Shown here piece by piece: positions 9,020 to 18,817 of a stretch of 64,000 nucleotides of DNA. The DNA is from Candidatus Omnitrophota bacterium. Its GTDB lineage: Bacteria; Omnitrophota; Gorgyraeia; Gorgyraeales; Gorgyraeaceae. The notes beneath the pieces are model-generated. The model was given only the letters and a program-made list of their open reading frames with translations. It had not been told where the DNA came from and made no database searches. Location of the stretch: positions 19,082 through 83,081 of the forward strand of contig JBAZEP010000001.1 in NCBI GenBank assembly GCA_041653835.1, in the 5' to 3' direction. A program made the position numbers and the translations under genes. Numbering within the stretch: the first letter of the stretch is position 1; the number at the start of each line of letters is the position of its first letter.

Positions 9020-12000
9020 TTATAAATCAGTCGCGCGGTGCTTACCGTTCAATCCATTGTGGTTCTTGAGTATCGCGTTGGTACTGGGGTTTCCAAGCCA
9101 TATATCTCCTACCTTCCACGTAAGAGCGCAATCCTCTCTTTTAATTCCTTTCAATCTTACAAGATATACAGCTTGCCCATTATAAAAATGGGTCAATTCC
9201 AAAGGGATAGTCATCCATGCCGCGTTATCCGGGGTATCAGGAGAGGACAAGGCATTGGTCCTCACATACACCCTTGGCGGCTCTATGCCTGGGGCTATGC
9301 GCAGGTTAATGGATATATCTTCATAGCCGTCACTCAGATCCACCAGCATAGTATCTCCCAAAGAAGGGCTTACGCCGGAGATCTGAATGCCATAGACAGA
9401 AAGATTCACATTTGCGGCTGTCATAGCGTTATTGCGGGGCGCAAGTTCTATATCAAAGGTATCTTTTCCTTTTATTTCATCGCTCCACCACGCAAGATAC
9501 GCGGCCATTTCATTGAGAACATTCAGTTTCCGGCTTAATGGTATGGAATTCACTTCGGTCAAGGCATAAGCATTACGATCTCTATAATATAAGTCTATAT
9601 CTTTTTCCATCGCTTCCCAAAACGCCTGTTCTGTATTATCATAAGGCACTATCACATTGACGCCTACCTTGCCGTGAAGCTGGGTGCCGCCTTCTATCCA
9701 TGGAGCCGCCAGCTGTTTTCCGCCGTTGTCAGTAACAGCGGATTCTTTATATTCTTCCGCGCCTGTTCTTCTTCTTGAAACCTGGACCTGCAACTGTGTA
9801 GCCGCGAGAAGCACTCTTTGTTCATCCGGGGTAAACTTATCAACCAGGATAAACGTGCCCTTATAAACTGAATTATTTCCGTTTTTATTCTTGTCGTTTT
9901 CTATCTCTTCTGCCAATTCTTTCAGTTCTTTATAAACACGGATGCTCGGTTCATAAGGCTGAACATTGCCGAATATTATTACCTGGGCGCCTTCTTTTAC
10001 AGACCTTCTTATATTCTCTTTGGTAAATGCCTTTAGGTCTTCGGTGCCGCCTTGCTCAGGGTTGCCCTCTCCGATACCCAACTTCTCAGGAACACACCTC
10101 CCGCTATATGATATGATGAATTTTTCTGGGTCAATATCCAGATATCCTGAAATAATCAATGGCTTACCCCTCTTTTCTTTCAGCATATTTAACAGGCTTT
10201 CTTTCGCCTTCTTATCAGCGGATATCATTTGACCCACAGTAGGATGTTCTACATCCGCGCCAGGATACAATTCCAGCAATATTTTACGGAATTCTTTCGC
10301 CGATAGTTCCCGTAAGTCCCCGTTCGCTAGGCCGCGTAAAGGCCGCGCGTCAATATAACTCATTTCAAATGCCTGTATGCGTGAAACACCGCTGGGCATA
10401 TGGGATGTCCTTAACCCAACACTGCTGTCATCTACGATAATCTCTCCATTATCAAGTTTTCTTAGATAAAGGTAATGATATGCATCATCGATATACCTTT
10501 TATTTTTTAAGAATTCCCTCACCTCTTCGATAGACTTAAAATGTTTGAGCACCCTGTTATTATAAGTATGCGTGAAACCGGACACCGGTATTTTGGCCAA
10601 AGTTTTGTATTTCCCCGGATCTTTTTGATATAAAAATCTCCTGTAAAATGCGGCAGGAAGCACCTGGCCGTCGTGCAGGCTCAGTAAAACATCTTTCCAG
10701 CCTTTCTTCCCCATGGTTTTATCCGCCATTTCAGCCATCCTGTTTGTCAAAACAATGACCGCCGATGAGAAAAAATCCGTAAACTCATCCTGCGCAACCC
10801 TGCTGTCTTCCTGATCATATTTATAGAGCTTGCCCACATAATATCCATCTTTGTCGCGGACTAAATAATCCTCTATCTCAAATATCTCTATGTCTCCCTT
10901 TTCATTCGGCACTTCTATTTGTTTGATGCGCATATAAACTTCGCACTGAAGAGTTCTACCTCTAAATTCGACTTCCAGATCATCCATTATCTTTTTTCCT
11001 GGATCCTCATTAAAATCATTATAATAAGGCTCTGCCCACACCAATCTCGCTTTATCTTTTACAAAACGTTTTATGGCTACACTCTTGAAAACCGTAACCC
11101 TGCCAAGGCCTCCTGCCATGCGGGAAATCTCGGGCGCGGCAATAACAATGGTCTTTCCTATGATATTCTTCGCGTATTTCTCGAGCCACTCATCCGGTAT
11201 TTCGGACGACGGCTGTAAGGTAAGCCTGATAGTGTTAAATATAGGGTGGTTATAAAATTCTCCGGCCTTATTTCCAAGGCCATAATCTTTTTCAATATCA
11301 GAAATGTCTTCTATAAGTTTATTTTCCGAAGATTTGTCCATTGTGGAAATAGCGTCCCATATAGGATAATACGCCTCGACAGGATAATAAGACCAGAGTT
11401 TCTGGGCATGTTCTTCATAACCTAAAAGTATGGCCATAAGCTGGGACGGGCGGCCAAGCTTAGACATTATCTCTTTTCTTATATAGTCATAGTCATTACA
11501 CCATAGCGCCGCCTTTTGTTTTTGCGCTTTATTAAAAATCCCGTAAGACCCATTATCCTTTGTAACCAGGCCTGCCGCCGAGAGCTCATCCAGTAACCCC
11601 GCGACATATTCCGCGGAAAGCTTTACATCTTGTTTTAAAATTCCCAGGGCCTTCATCTCAGACTCAAGTTTTTCCTTTATCCCTTCGGCTGTCACAGAAC
11701 CTTTTCCTTTTAAAACCATATTTAAAGCCGCCTGGAGTTTTGACCACTTCGGCTCTGTCACGACCTGCCCGCTCCTGAGGAATAAAAGCGCGGCAGGGTC
11801 CATCATGCCCCTGGATAGTTTATCTTTTTCAATTACCCGGATATCCGCCCTGTAACGATTTTCCTTCAAATCAACGCAGAACGTATACATCTTCATGCTG
11901 TTACTGCCCGTCTCATCCTTCAGGTCGATCTCTATGATTTTCTCATACTCATCGACCACAGACTGCAGCTTCACCTCGACCTTCCCTTTATGATCTAAAA

Positions 12001-13876
12001 TTTCTTTTACCGTCTCTCTTACTTTTTTTGAGAATTCCGAAAAACCAGGAAAAAGTTTTTCACCTTCTTTCGCTAAATCCACATATTCCTGGCTTGCGTA
12101 CATAAAAGAAAGCGGATTCGGATACCCCTCTGCGGTCCCTGAATATTCCATAATGGAAATCCTTGACCTGTCTTTTTCCGGCAGGCTGAGCCACGCCATA
12201 TATACACCGAGATAATACGCCTTTAATTTATCTGGATTCCACTCCCCATTACTGTCTTTCCCTATGGCATTTATAATGGGCGCATACTGGCCTTCATCGT
12301 GGTCATCAAAAATTACCCATGAGGACTGATACTCCGGCAAACTCCATACCCTGGACCTGAGTAAATTCTGCAGCGTCTCAAAAGAAGTCTTGCCTCCATT
12401 CCCATTTCCGTATTTTTTCAATTCTTCATAAATCCCTGACGCGTCTTTTTTCGATTTTGAATATACAAAGTCCGCCTGAGGCACATGAGGAAAATATTCC
12501 CATTCCCCGATAATTCCAAGGCCAAGCATATGGGCGTTTTCCCAGACCTTATGTCCCTTATCGCCCAATCCTCCCATCTGATCGCACCTTATCCATTTGA
12601 CACCCAGATTCCTGAGCCTCCTCAAAAACCACGTCGCTAACGCAACTGTTTCATCCTTGGAGTAATCAAGTTTATTCGTCCATAGCCCTGCCTTATCGGC
12701 ATAGCACATATCCGGGAATGGGCGGCCTGCTGAGTCGCTTACCCCGGTATGCTCAAATACTACATCTACTATTATTTCTATACCGTTCTTCCTGGCCGCT
12801 TTTAGAAGTGATCTAAAATCCTCGTCAGTTCCATACCGCGGTTCAAAATATAAACCCGCGTACTCATACGGGCTTAACAAGGGCCCCATCACCTGCAGGC
12901 TTCCGGTAAGCTGTATGGCGTCATAACCCTTATACCTCGCGATATTATCCGCCAGCCATCTGAATTTATTCGTCCCGGATTCTGACTCCGCGTCGAGGTT
13001 TATCTGTCTTGTGATCTTTGGTTTTTTCTCAGGCGATTTTCCTTCTTCCAAAAATTCAGATTTATCCGCGATATGTTTTTTGACTCTTTTGATAAAAGCC
13101 GTCATCCTCCCATCCGCGCTTTTAATGCTTTCCAGGTACTCTATAAATTTCGCGGGTGACCCTATCATTGTGATATCCCCGCCGATTTCCGAGCCATCCT
13201 CCGGGATCTGATCTATGTACGCGATAAGATGCCTTACCAGGTCATAACGTAACGGGAATTCCTTCTGGAGTTCCATTTTTAATCCCCCGGCATTTTTCAA
13301 GGTTTTGGCCGCGGCTTTTAACTTATGGATATCACTGCCTTTCGCCGTATTGAATTTATTTATAAAAATCTTCAAATACCTGTCCGCGGACCTGTCATGC
13401 GTATCTTTCCCAGGTTTCAGTCTCGCGGCATGCTGCGCGATCTGATAAGCCTGCTGATGATTGTTATGGAAGTAGATGTATGCCGCGTAACTCATCAGCA
13501 GCCTGTAGAGCTGATCTTTGCTTGTCCCGATATTTTTCCCAAACGTGTCCACCAGGCCCGCGCTGAACGCGACAGGCTCTGCGCCTGCTGCCTCGCGCGC
13601 TTCTTCCATTTTCTTTCCCTGCTCTTCATAATTAACAGAAAAAATATCCTGGGCAAGGGCAAAGGCGGAATTTGGAACTGATAAGCCTCGCGCCGCGTTC
13701 AGCTGCCTGTCATAATTACTGCTTGAAGCAAGAGGCACTCTGAGAGCCTTGCCGTAAATATATACGCTATGAATACTTTTGTTGGAAATAGACCCAGGCC
13801 AAATCGCGAGAAAGGATGCCTGGATTAATACAGAGATGACTAACTTATTGAATATTTTATTCTTGCAAGCTGTCAT
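9020..13876 (-). CDS. Giant secreted multidomain alpha-glucan enzyme: GH13 alpha-amylase-family domain fused to an alpha-glucan phosphorylase/glycosyltransferase-like domain plus a C-terminal beta-rich module
   Basis: 1618 aa with an N-terminal signal peptide. GH13 regions are present: I DVVFEH, II GVKWIRCDQMG, III GEWEY, IV FDDHDE. Downstream lies a GGLGR motif (ISRMAGGLGRV) and ESAVTDNGGK, which resembles the EASGTxxMK PLP-lysine motif of GT35 glucan phosphorylases. The last ~150 aa look like a carbohydrate-binding module. Confidence 0.55.
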   Translation of the reverse strand: MTACKNKIFNKLVISVLIQASFLAIWPGSISNKSIHSVYIYGKALRVPLASSSNYDRQLNAARGLSVPNSAFALAQDIFSVNYEEQGKKMEEAREAAGAEPVAFSAGLVDTFGKNIGTSKDQLYRLLMSYAAYIYFHNNHQQAYQIAQHAARLKPGKDTHDRSADRYLKIFINKFNTAKGSDIHKLKAAAKTLKNAGGLKMELQKEFPLRYDLVRHLIAYIDQIPEDGSEIGGDITMIGSPAKFIEYLESIKSADGRMTAFIKRVKKHIADKSEFLEEGKSPEKKPKITRQINLDAESESGTNKFRWLADNIARYKGYDAIQLTGSLQVMGPLLSPYEYAGLYFEPRYGTDEDFRSLLKAARKNGIEIIVDVVFEHTGVSDSAGRPFPDMCYADKAGLWTNKLDYSKDETVALATWFLRRLRNLGVKWIRCDQMGGLGDKGHKVWENAHMLGLGIIGEWEYFPHVPQADFVYSKSKKDASGIYEELKKYGNGNGGKTSFETLQNLLRSRVWSLPEYQSSWVIFDDHDEGQYAPIINAIGKDSNGEWNPDKLKAYYLGVYMAWLSLPEKDRSRISIMEYSGTAEGYPNPLSFMYASQEYVDLAKEGEKLFPGFSEFSKKVRETVKEILDHKGKVEVKLQSVVDEYEKIIEIDLKDETGSNSMKMYTFCVDLKENRYRADIRVIEKDKLSRGMMDPAALLFLRSGQVVTEPKWSKLQAALNMVLKGKGSVTAEGIKEKLESEMKALGILKQDVKLSAEYVAGLLDELSAAGLVTKDNGSYGIFNKAQKQKAALWCNDYDYIRKEIMSKLGRPSQLMAILLGYEEHAQKLWSYYPVEAYYPIWDAISTMDKSSENKLIEDISDIEKDYGLGNKAGEFYNHPIFNTIRLTLQPSSEIPDEWLEKYAKNIIGKTIVIAAPEISRMAGGLGRVTVFKSVAIKRFVKDKARLVWAEPYYNDFNEDPGKKIMDDLEVEFRGRTLQCEVYMRIKQIEVPNEKGDIEIFEIEDYLVRDKDGYYVGKLYKYDQEDSRVAQDEFTDFFSSAVIVLTNRMAEMADKTMGKKGWKDVLLSLHDGQVLPAAFYRRFLYQKDPGKYKTLAKIPVSGFTHTYNNRVLKHFKSIEEVREFLKNKRYIDDAYHYLYLRKLDNGEIIVDDSSVGLRTSHMPSGVSRIQAFEMSYIDARPLRGLANGDLRELSAKEFRKILLELYPGADVEHPTVGQMISADKKAKESLLNMLKEKRGKPLIISGYLDIDPEKFIISYSGRCVPEKLGIGEGNPEQGGTEDLKAFTKENIRRSVKEGAQVIIFGNVQPYEPSIRVYKELKELAEEIENDKNKNGNNSVYKGTFILVDKFTPDEQRVLLAATQLQVQVSRRRTGAEEYKESAVTDNGGKQLAAPWIEGGTQLHGKVGVNVIVPYDNTEQAFWEAMEKDIDLYYRDRNAYALTEVNSIPLSRKLNVLNEMAAYLAWWSDEIKGKDTFDIELAPRNNAMTAANVNLSVYGIQISGVSPSLGDTMLVDLSDGYEDISINLRIAPGIEPPRVYVRTNALSSPDTPDNAAWMTIPLELTHFYNGQAVYLVRLKGIKREDCALTWKVGDIWLGNPSTNAILKNHNGLNGKHRATDL

Positions 13877-13957
13877 ATTAAAAATACCGGTGTGCCCTCT
13901 TTAGATAGGCTATATTATATGAAATCCATTGTAAAAGTAAAGGTTAAATATTGCCGA

Positions 13958-14884
13958 TTAGATGGCCTCCCTGAATCCCTTACCGCTTATATTAAACATA
14001 TCCTTTTTCTTTATAACTAGCCCTATCACATAACCTGATTCCGCGTCTATTATTTTGGTGATAGAAGCTATATTATTTAATTTTAAGCTCTTTACAAATT
14101 CCATTACCTTTAAAACTATTTCCTGGCTTTTTTCCAAATCGCGCTGTTCCGGAGGCATATAATCCATAAAAACCAGGTCGCCTCCGCCCGGCAGGATATC
14201 ATTCCATATCCTGCCGAAATGATAACCGAAAGAAACTTTTTCTCTTTCGCTATCATTCAATGCCATAAGGCTTTCATGGATATATATGGAAGTAATATAA
14301 AGCCACGTATTGTACAACAAAACGCCTGTTATTTTTTCCCCTGGTTTTAACTCTTCGTCCATGATCCTGCCTAAAAAATCATGCTTCAGGTAATTCCCTT
14401 TAAAAAACCTGCCGCCTGACGCGCCAAGAGGAGCATCATCCACATTAATAAAATTCCCCGCCATTACAGGATTGCCGCCGGAACCTAAATTCAGCACTAC
14501 ACTGCCTTTTCTCCACTCCGATCCATACCCTATTGAATTAAACATAGCCGCGGCATTATGAGATATTTCATCTTTATAAATATGGTCATTATGTTTCAAC
14601 AGGCTTATCCTGATACTCTTTGCCCCGGGATCAGACTTTTCCTGCTCAGATAAAACCAGGCGCATTTCATTATAATTGGAAGGATTTATCGGCACCCTTA
14701 AAGACATATCTTCTATATGTATGCTAAATATATTTTTATTGGAAGTGGCTACGGGATAGATCTGCCCGGAAAACAGGAACATCTGGGCTAATATAAGGGA
14801 TATTAATTTGACAAAGGTTTTATATTTATCATTCGTCATATTAAAAAACCCGGGCAAGTCTCTTGATTTAATATCCTCTGCCAT
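13958..14884 (-). CDS. Hypothetical protein, with a Gly-rich VLNLGSGGNP motif of possible methyltransferase type
   Basis: 308 aa with an N-terminal hydrophobic segment. The only motif is weak similarity to class I SAM-binding motif I, so there is no confident family. Confidence 0.3.
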   Translation of the reverse strand: MAEDIKSRDLPGFFNMTNDKYKTFVKLISLILAQMFLFSGQIYPVATSNKNIFSIHIEDMSLRVPINPSNYNEMRLVLSEQEKSDPGAKSIRISLLKHNDHIYKDEISHNAAAMFNSIGYGSEWRKGSVVLNLGSGGNPVMAGNFINVDDAPLGASGGRFFKGNYLKHDFLGRIMDEELKPGEKITGVLLYNTWLYITSIYIHESLMALNDSEREKVSFGYHFGRIWNDILPGGGDLVFMDYMPPEQRDLEKSQEIVLKVMEFVKSLKLNNIASITKIIDAESGYVIGLVIKKKDMFNISGKGFREAI

Positions 14885-15050
14885 GGGAGAGAGGCCTTAT
14901 TTAATAAGAGGCATTGCCCGAGAAATAGTGTTTTATATAGGTCCATGGCTTTTCCTATAATTAATACTTTTAAAAACTCTATTATTAGTATACCCAATAA
15001 ACCCTTTTGTGTCAATATTTGGAGTTAAATTTTTATACTACTGGGTGGCG

Positions 15051-15599
15051 TTATTTGGAAAGTGTTATGGACTGCTGAGATTGATATTTGCCTTTACGAT
15101 CAGCGTAAGTAACATCGCATTGCTCGTCTGATTCAAAAAAAACTACCTGGCCAATGCCTTCATTGGCGTAAAGCTTCGCGGAAGCGGCTGATGTATTGCT
15201 TATGGCTATGGTCAGATACCCTTCCCAGGACGGCTCGAGAGGAGTAACATTCACTATCACGCCGAGCCTGGCATATGTGCTCTTGCCGGTACATAGCGCC
15301 AGAACATTCGGCGGCATTTTAAAATATTCCAGCGACCTGGCAAGGATAAAAGAATTCGGGGGGATCGCGCATACAGCGCCTTTAAAATCTTCGAACAACC
15401 CGGGATTGATATTTTTGGGATCGGTTATGTCTTTACCCGAGCCTTTGAATATCTTAAATTCATCGGCTATCCTTATGTCATAGCCGTAACTGGAAAGGCC
15501 GAATGAAATATTGTTTTTCTTGACCTGGTCCGGCTCGAACGGCTTTATCATGTCATATTCCAAAGCCATTTTTTTGATCCAGGAGTCAGCTTTCAGCAT
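15051..15599 (-). CDS. dcd: dCTP deaminase
   Basis: Carries the [10 protein letters not shown] motif and a Dcd/dUTPase-fold C-terminus. Start was chosen at [10 protein letters not shown] (15599) instead of the ORF-track 15662, which would run into nrdJ. Confidence 0.88.
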   Translation of the reverse strand: MLKADSWIKKMALEYDMIKPFEPDQVKKNNISFGLSSYGYDIRIADEFKIFKGSGKDITDPKNINPGLFEDFKGAVCAIPPNSFILARSLEYFKMPPNVLALCTGKSTYARLGVIVNVTPLEPSWEGYLTIAISNTSAASAKLYANEGIGQVVFFESDEQCDVTYADRKGKYQSQQSITLSK

Positions 15600-17905
15600 T
15601 TGGAATATCCGCAGGAACGGCAGACCACACAGCCTTCTTCGTGCCTGAGCGCGGCGCCGCAATCAGGGCACACGCCGACTACGGTACCGAGTTTATCCTC
15701 TATCATAGTATGGGGGGAATGCTTTTCCATATCCTCTTCCACGTGATGCATCTTGCCGTTGCCAAGCCTTAATTCCAGGACCCTGGCTATGGCGTCCGAG
15801 CACGAAAAAATCCTTCCGCTTTTCTCCCACGACGGGGACGGGCATCTTATGCCCCTTAGCTGTTCTATTATTTTACTATTTTCCACCCCGGAGCGGAGCG
15901 CCAGGGATACGAGCCTCCCTATGGCCTCAAGCTGGCTCGCCGCGCATCCGCCTGCCTTACCCATCTGTATGAAGACCTCGAAAGGCAAAGACCTGTCATC
16001 CACATTTATGGTGATATAAAGATTGCCGCACCCTGTCGCGACTTTCGTGGTGGTACCGTTGGTAACGACAGGCCTCGGACGAGGCGCCACGCTTTTCTTT
16101 TCCGCGGTATCGGCCGCCGCGGACGCCGCCCTTGTCTCTTTCTTCGTAGAATCACTGGAATTGATATTAAGCACTTGTTCCTCCCTGCTCTTGTCCCTGT
16201 ATATGGTCACACCTTTGCATCCTAATTTGAAAGCCAGCATATACACCTCTTTCACGTCGTCTTTAGAGGCGTCATGCGGGAAATTAACGGTCTTGGATAC
16301 CGCGTTATCGGTATATTTCTGGAACACGGCCTGCATCCTTATGTGCCAGAGAGGCGCTATGTCATGGGAAGTAACGAATATCTTTTTATATTTTTCCGGT
16401 ACCGCGTCTATGTCCCTGATCGACCCTTTTTCAGCGATCTCTTCCATAAGTTTCCTGGAATAAAATCCTTCTTTCCTGGCAATCTCCTCAAACAATCCGT
16501 TGACCTCGATAAGTTTGTCATTGTCCATCACGTTCCTGTAATACGACAACGCGAATAACGGTTCTATCCCGCTCGAGGAATTGGAGATTATCGATATCGT
16601 GCCTGTAGGCGCGATCGTCGTAAGAGTGGCGTTCCTTAATCCTTCCGCGCCTTTTTTGCCGTATATGCTTTCTTTGAATCCGGTAAAAGCGCCTCTTTTT
16701 TTGGAAAGCTCCTCCGATTTTACCCTGGCTTCATCCAATACGAATTTCATTATTTTTTCACCGAGCCGGACAGCCTCCTCGCTATTATAAGGTATCTCGA
16801 GTTTTATAAGCATATCCGCCCATCCCATTACCCCAAGCCCTATCTTCCTGTTGGTCCTGGTCATCTTTTCTATTTCCGGCAGGGGGAATTTATTCATATC
16901 TATAACATTGTCTAGAAAATGGACTCCCGAATGAACAAGTCCCTTTAACGCCGCCCAATCAACTTCTTTTTTGCCGTCTTCCCCGCGCACAGCCCTGGCT
17001 AAATTCACAGATCCGAGATTACAGCTTTCGAAAGGTAAAAGAGGCTGTTCGCCGCATGGGTTCGTGCTTTCTATTTCCCCAAGCGCCGGGGTAGGATTGT
17101 CTTTGTTTATCCTGTCGACGAACACGATCCCGGGTTCCCCGTTCTTCCAGGATAATTCCACTATCAGGTCAAAGACCTCCCTGGCATTCATCTTCCTGAC
17201 CTCTTTTTTATTGTGGGGGTCTACCAACGAATATTCCTCGCCGGCTATGACCTTGTTCATGAAATCTTCGGTAATAGCTATCGAGATATTGAAATTCGTT
17301 ATTTCCTTGTCATTCTCTTTGCACCTGATAAATTCCATTATATCAGGATGGTCGACGCGCAGGATGCCCATATTGGCGCCGCGCCTGGTCCCGCCCTGCT
17401 TGACCGCCTGCGTAGCGGCGTTGAACACCTTCATGAAAGATACAGGCCCGCTCGAAACCCCGCCCGTGGACCGCACAACACTGTTTTTGGGCCTGAGCCT
17501 CGAAAAACTAAAACCTGTGCCGCCGCCGCTTTTGTGGATCATCGCGGTATTTTTTATCGCGTCAAAAATGGATTCCATGGAATCGCCCACGGGAAGGACA
17601 AAACACGCGGAGAGCTGGCCCAGCTCTTTTCCCGCGTTCATAAGCGTGGGTGAGTTGGGCATAAATTCGAAACTCGACATGATCTCATAAAATCTATTCT
17701 CCGTCTCTTTTATTTCCTGGCTGGAGGCGCCGTACGCTTTGTCCGCCTTCGCTATATATCGGCTCACTCTCCTGAACATGCCCTCGGGTGTCTCGATGAC
17801 TTTTCCGTCCTTGTCTTTCATGAGATATCTTCTTTCCAAAACCTTGAGGCAATTCTCCGAGATGTTCAGTTTCTTTTCGACCTTGGTCTTCAATTCCATT
17901 ATCAA
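15593..17905 (-). CDS. nrdJ: Adenosylcobalamin-dependent ribonucleotide reductase, class II, with C-terminal zinc ribbon
   Basis: 770 aa. The active-site region reads NPCGEQPL...CNLGSVNL. The C-terminus carries CPDCG...CVVCRSCG. Confidence 0.9.
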   Translation of the reverse strand: MIMELKTKVEKKLNISENCLKVLERRYLMKDKDGKVIETPEGMFRRVSRYIAKADKAYGASSQEIKETENRFYEIMSSFEFMPNSPTLMNAGKELGQLSACFVLPVGDSMESIFDAIKNTAMIHKSGGGTGFSFSRLRPKNSVVRSTGGVSSGPVSFMKVFNAATQAVKQGGTRRGANMGILRVDHPDIMEFIRCKENDKEITNFNISIAITEDFMNKVIAGEEYSLVDPHNKKEVRKMNAREVFDLIVELSWKNGEPGIVFVDRINKDNPTPALGEIESTNPCGEQPLLPFESCNLGSVNLARAVRGEDGKKEVDWAALKGLVHSGVHFLDNVIDMNKFPLPEIEKMTRTNRKIGLGVMGWADMLIKLEIPYNSEEAVRLGEKIMKFVLDEARVKSEELSKKRGAFTGFKESIYGKKGAEGLRNATLTTIAPTGTISIISNSSSGIEPLFALSYYRNVMDNDKLIEVNGLFEEIARKEGFYSRKLMEEIAEKGSIRDIDAVPEKYKKIFVTSHDIAPLWHIRMQAVFQKYTDNAVSKTVNFPHDASKDDVKEVYMLAFKLGCKGVTIYRDKSREEQVLNINSSDSTKKETRAASAAADTAEKKSVAPRPRPVVTNGTTTKVATGCGNLYITINVDDRSLPFEVFIQMGKAGGCAASQLEAIGRLVSLALRSGVENSKIIEQLRGIRCPSPSWEKSGRIFSCSDAIARVLELRLGNGKMHHVEEDMEKHSPHTMIEDKLGTVVGVCPDCGAALRHEEGCVVCRSCGYSKC

Positions 17906-17957
17906 CTCCTCCGAATTTTACGCGCTAAAATTTTACAACTCCAACAAGAAATAAGTA

Positions 17958-17995
17958 TAGCACTTGTCAATTAGATGTCAAGTTAAAAAAACACA
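17958..17995 (-). promoter_or_regulatory. Putative sigma70 promoter (TTGACA-N16-TATACT) for nrdJ, followed by a ~55-nt leader with an AT-rich hairpin before the SD
   Basis: Minus strand reads aacTTGACAtctaattgacaagtgcTATACTtatt. The leader contains GTAAAATTTTAGCGCGTAAAATTCGGAGG, a P3-like hairpin followed by the same AAAATTCGGAGG 12-mer that ends the leader element upstream of moxR. Confidence 0.4.
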
Positions 17996-18058
17996 ACCTA
18001 TTGATATTTTTTTATAGACGATGTCTATATGTGGTATTTAGACAAACTCCTTGTCCGG

Positions 18059-18817
18059 TCAAATTATATCGACGCTGGTATCGGGGATCCAGCCTTTTAA
18101 ATCTCCGGAAAGATCGATTTCATACCATCCCTGGGCCTTTTCCAGGACAACAATCTTCGCACCTTCATGAAGCGTAAATTGCACAAGATAATCTTCTTTT
18201 GGCCCGCTGCGCGCGTCTACCTTTTCAGCCGTTATGATCCCCTTTTTTATGAAATCCTCATCCCTGATCTTGGCGGCTAAAAATATAAGGGCGGCAAATA
18301 ATACAACTCCGAGAGAACCGGCAGCATAAAGCATGCCTTTTCTTCTCGCAACAAAAAAAATGGAAAGGATCAAAAGCAGTATTACGGCAAGATAAAAAAA
18401 TGAGCACGCCGCAGTCAATTCGTCCAGAGATACCCTGTCATAAAGGAAAGCCGCGGCGTCAAGGATCAGCCCCCTCTCTCCGGCGCTTATTTTATCTACG
18501 GCCGCAGAGCGGGCGATCTCCAGGTTGAACCTGATATTCCTGTCACGCGGCGCTTCTCTCAACGCCCTCTCATAATTCAAGATGGCTTTGCCTGTCTTTT
18601 TTAATTTATAATAACTGTTGCCTAAATTGTAAAATACCTCCGGGCTGACCCTGTCCATTTTTATGAGCTGTTCGTAAAAAGAAACGGCCTTGTCATAATC
18701 CCCGTCTTCATAACACGCGTTCCCTTTTTCATACAACCCTTCCGGACTGTCCGCCGCCTTCAAGCTCCCGGAAAACGCGAAAAACATCAAAAGACAAAGA
18801 AGCGGTATATTCCTCAT
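18059..18817 (-). CDS. batE: BatE-like aerotolerance protein (TPR repeats + TM + C-terminal SH3b domain)
   Basis: Signal peptide and TPR repeats (YYNLGNSYYKLKK) are followed by a TM helix and a C-terminal SH3-like domain. It is the last gene of the Bat operon, with a 4-nt overlap with batD. Confidence 0.7.
   Translation of the reverse strand: MRNIPLLCLLMFFAFSGSLKAADSPEGLYEKGNACYEDGDYDKAVSFYEQLIKMDRVSPEVFYNLGNSYYKLKKTGKAILNYERALREAPRDRNIRFNLEIARSAAVDKISAGERGLILDAAAFLYDRVSLDELTAACSFFYLAVILLLILSIFFVARRKGMLYAAGSLGVVLFAALIFLAAKIRDEDFIKKGIITAEKVDARSGPKEDYLVQFTLHEGAKIVVLEKAQGWYEIDLSGDLKGWIPDTSVDII

Noticed and set aside
17906-18058. Looked for a cobalamin riboswitch or paired NrdR boxes upstream of the B12-dependent nrdJ.
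   Set aside because: The leader is only ~55 nt and no B12-box-like or NrdR-box-like 16-bp palindrome pair is evident. Only a sigma70-like promoter and an AT-rich hairpin are present.
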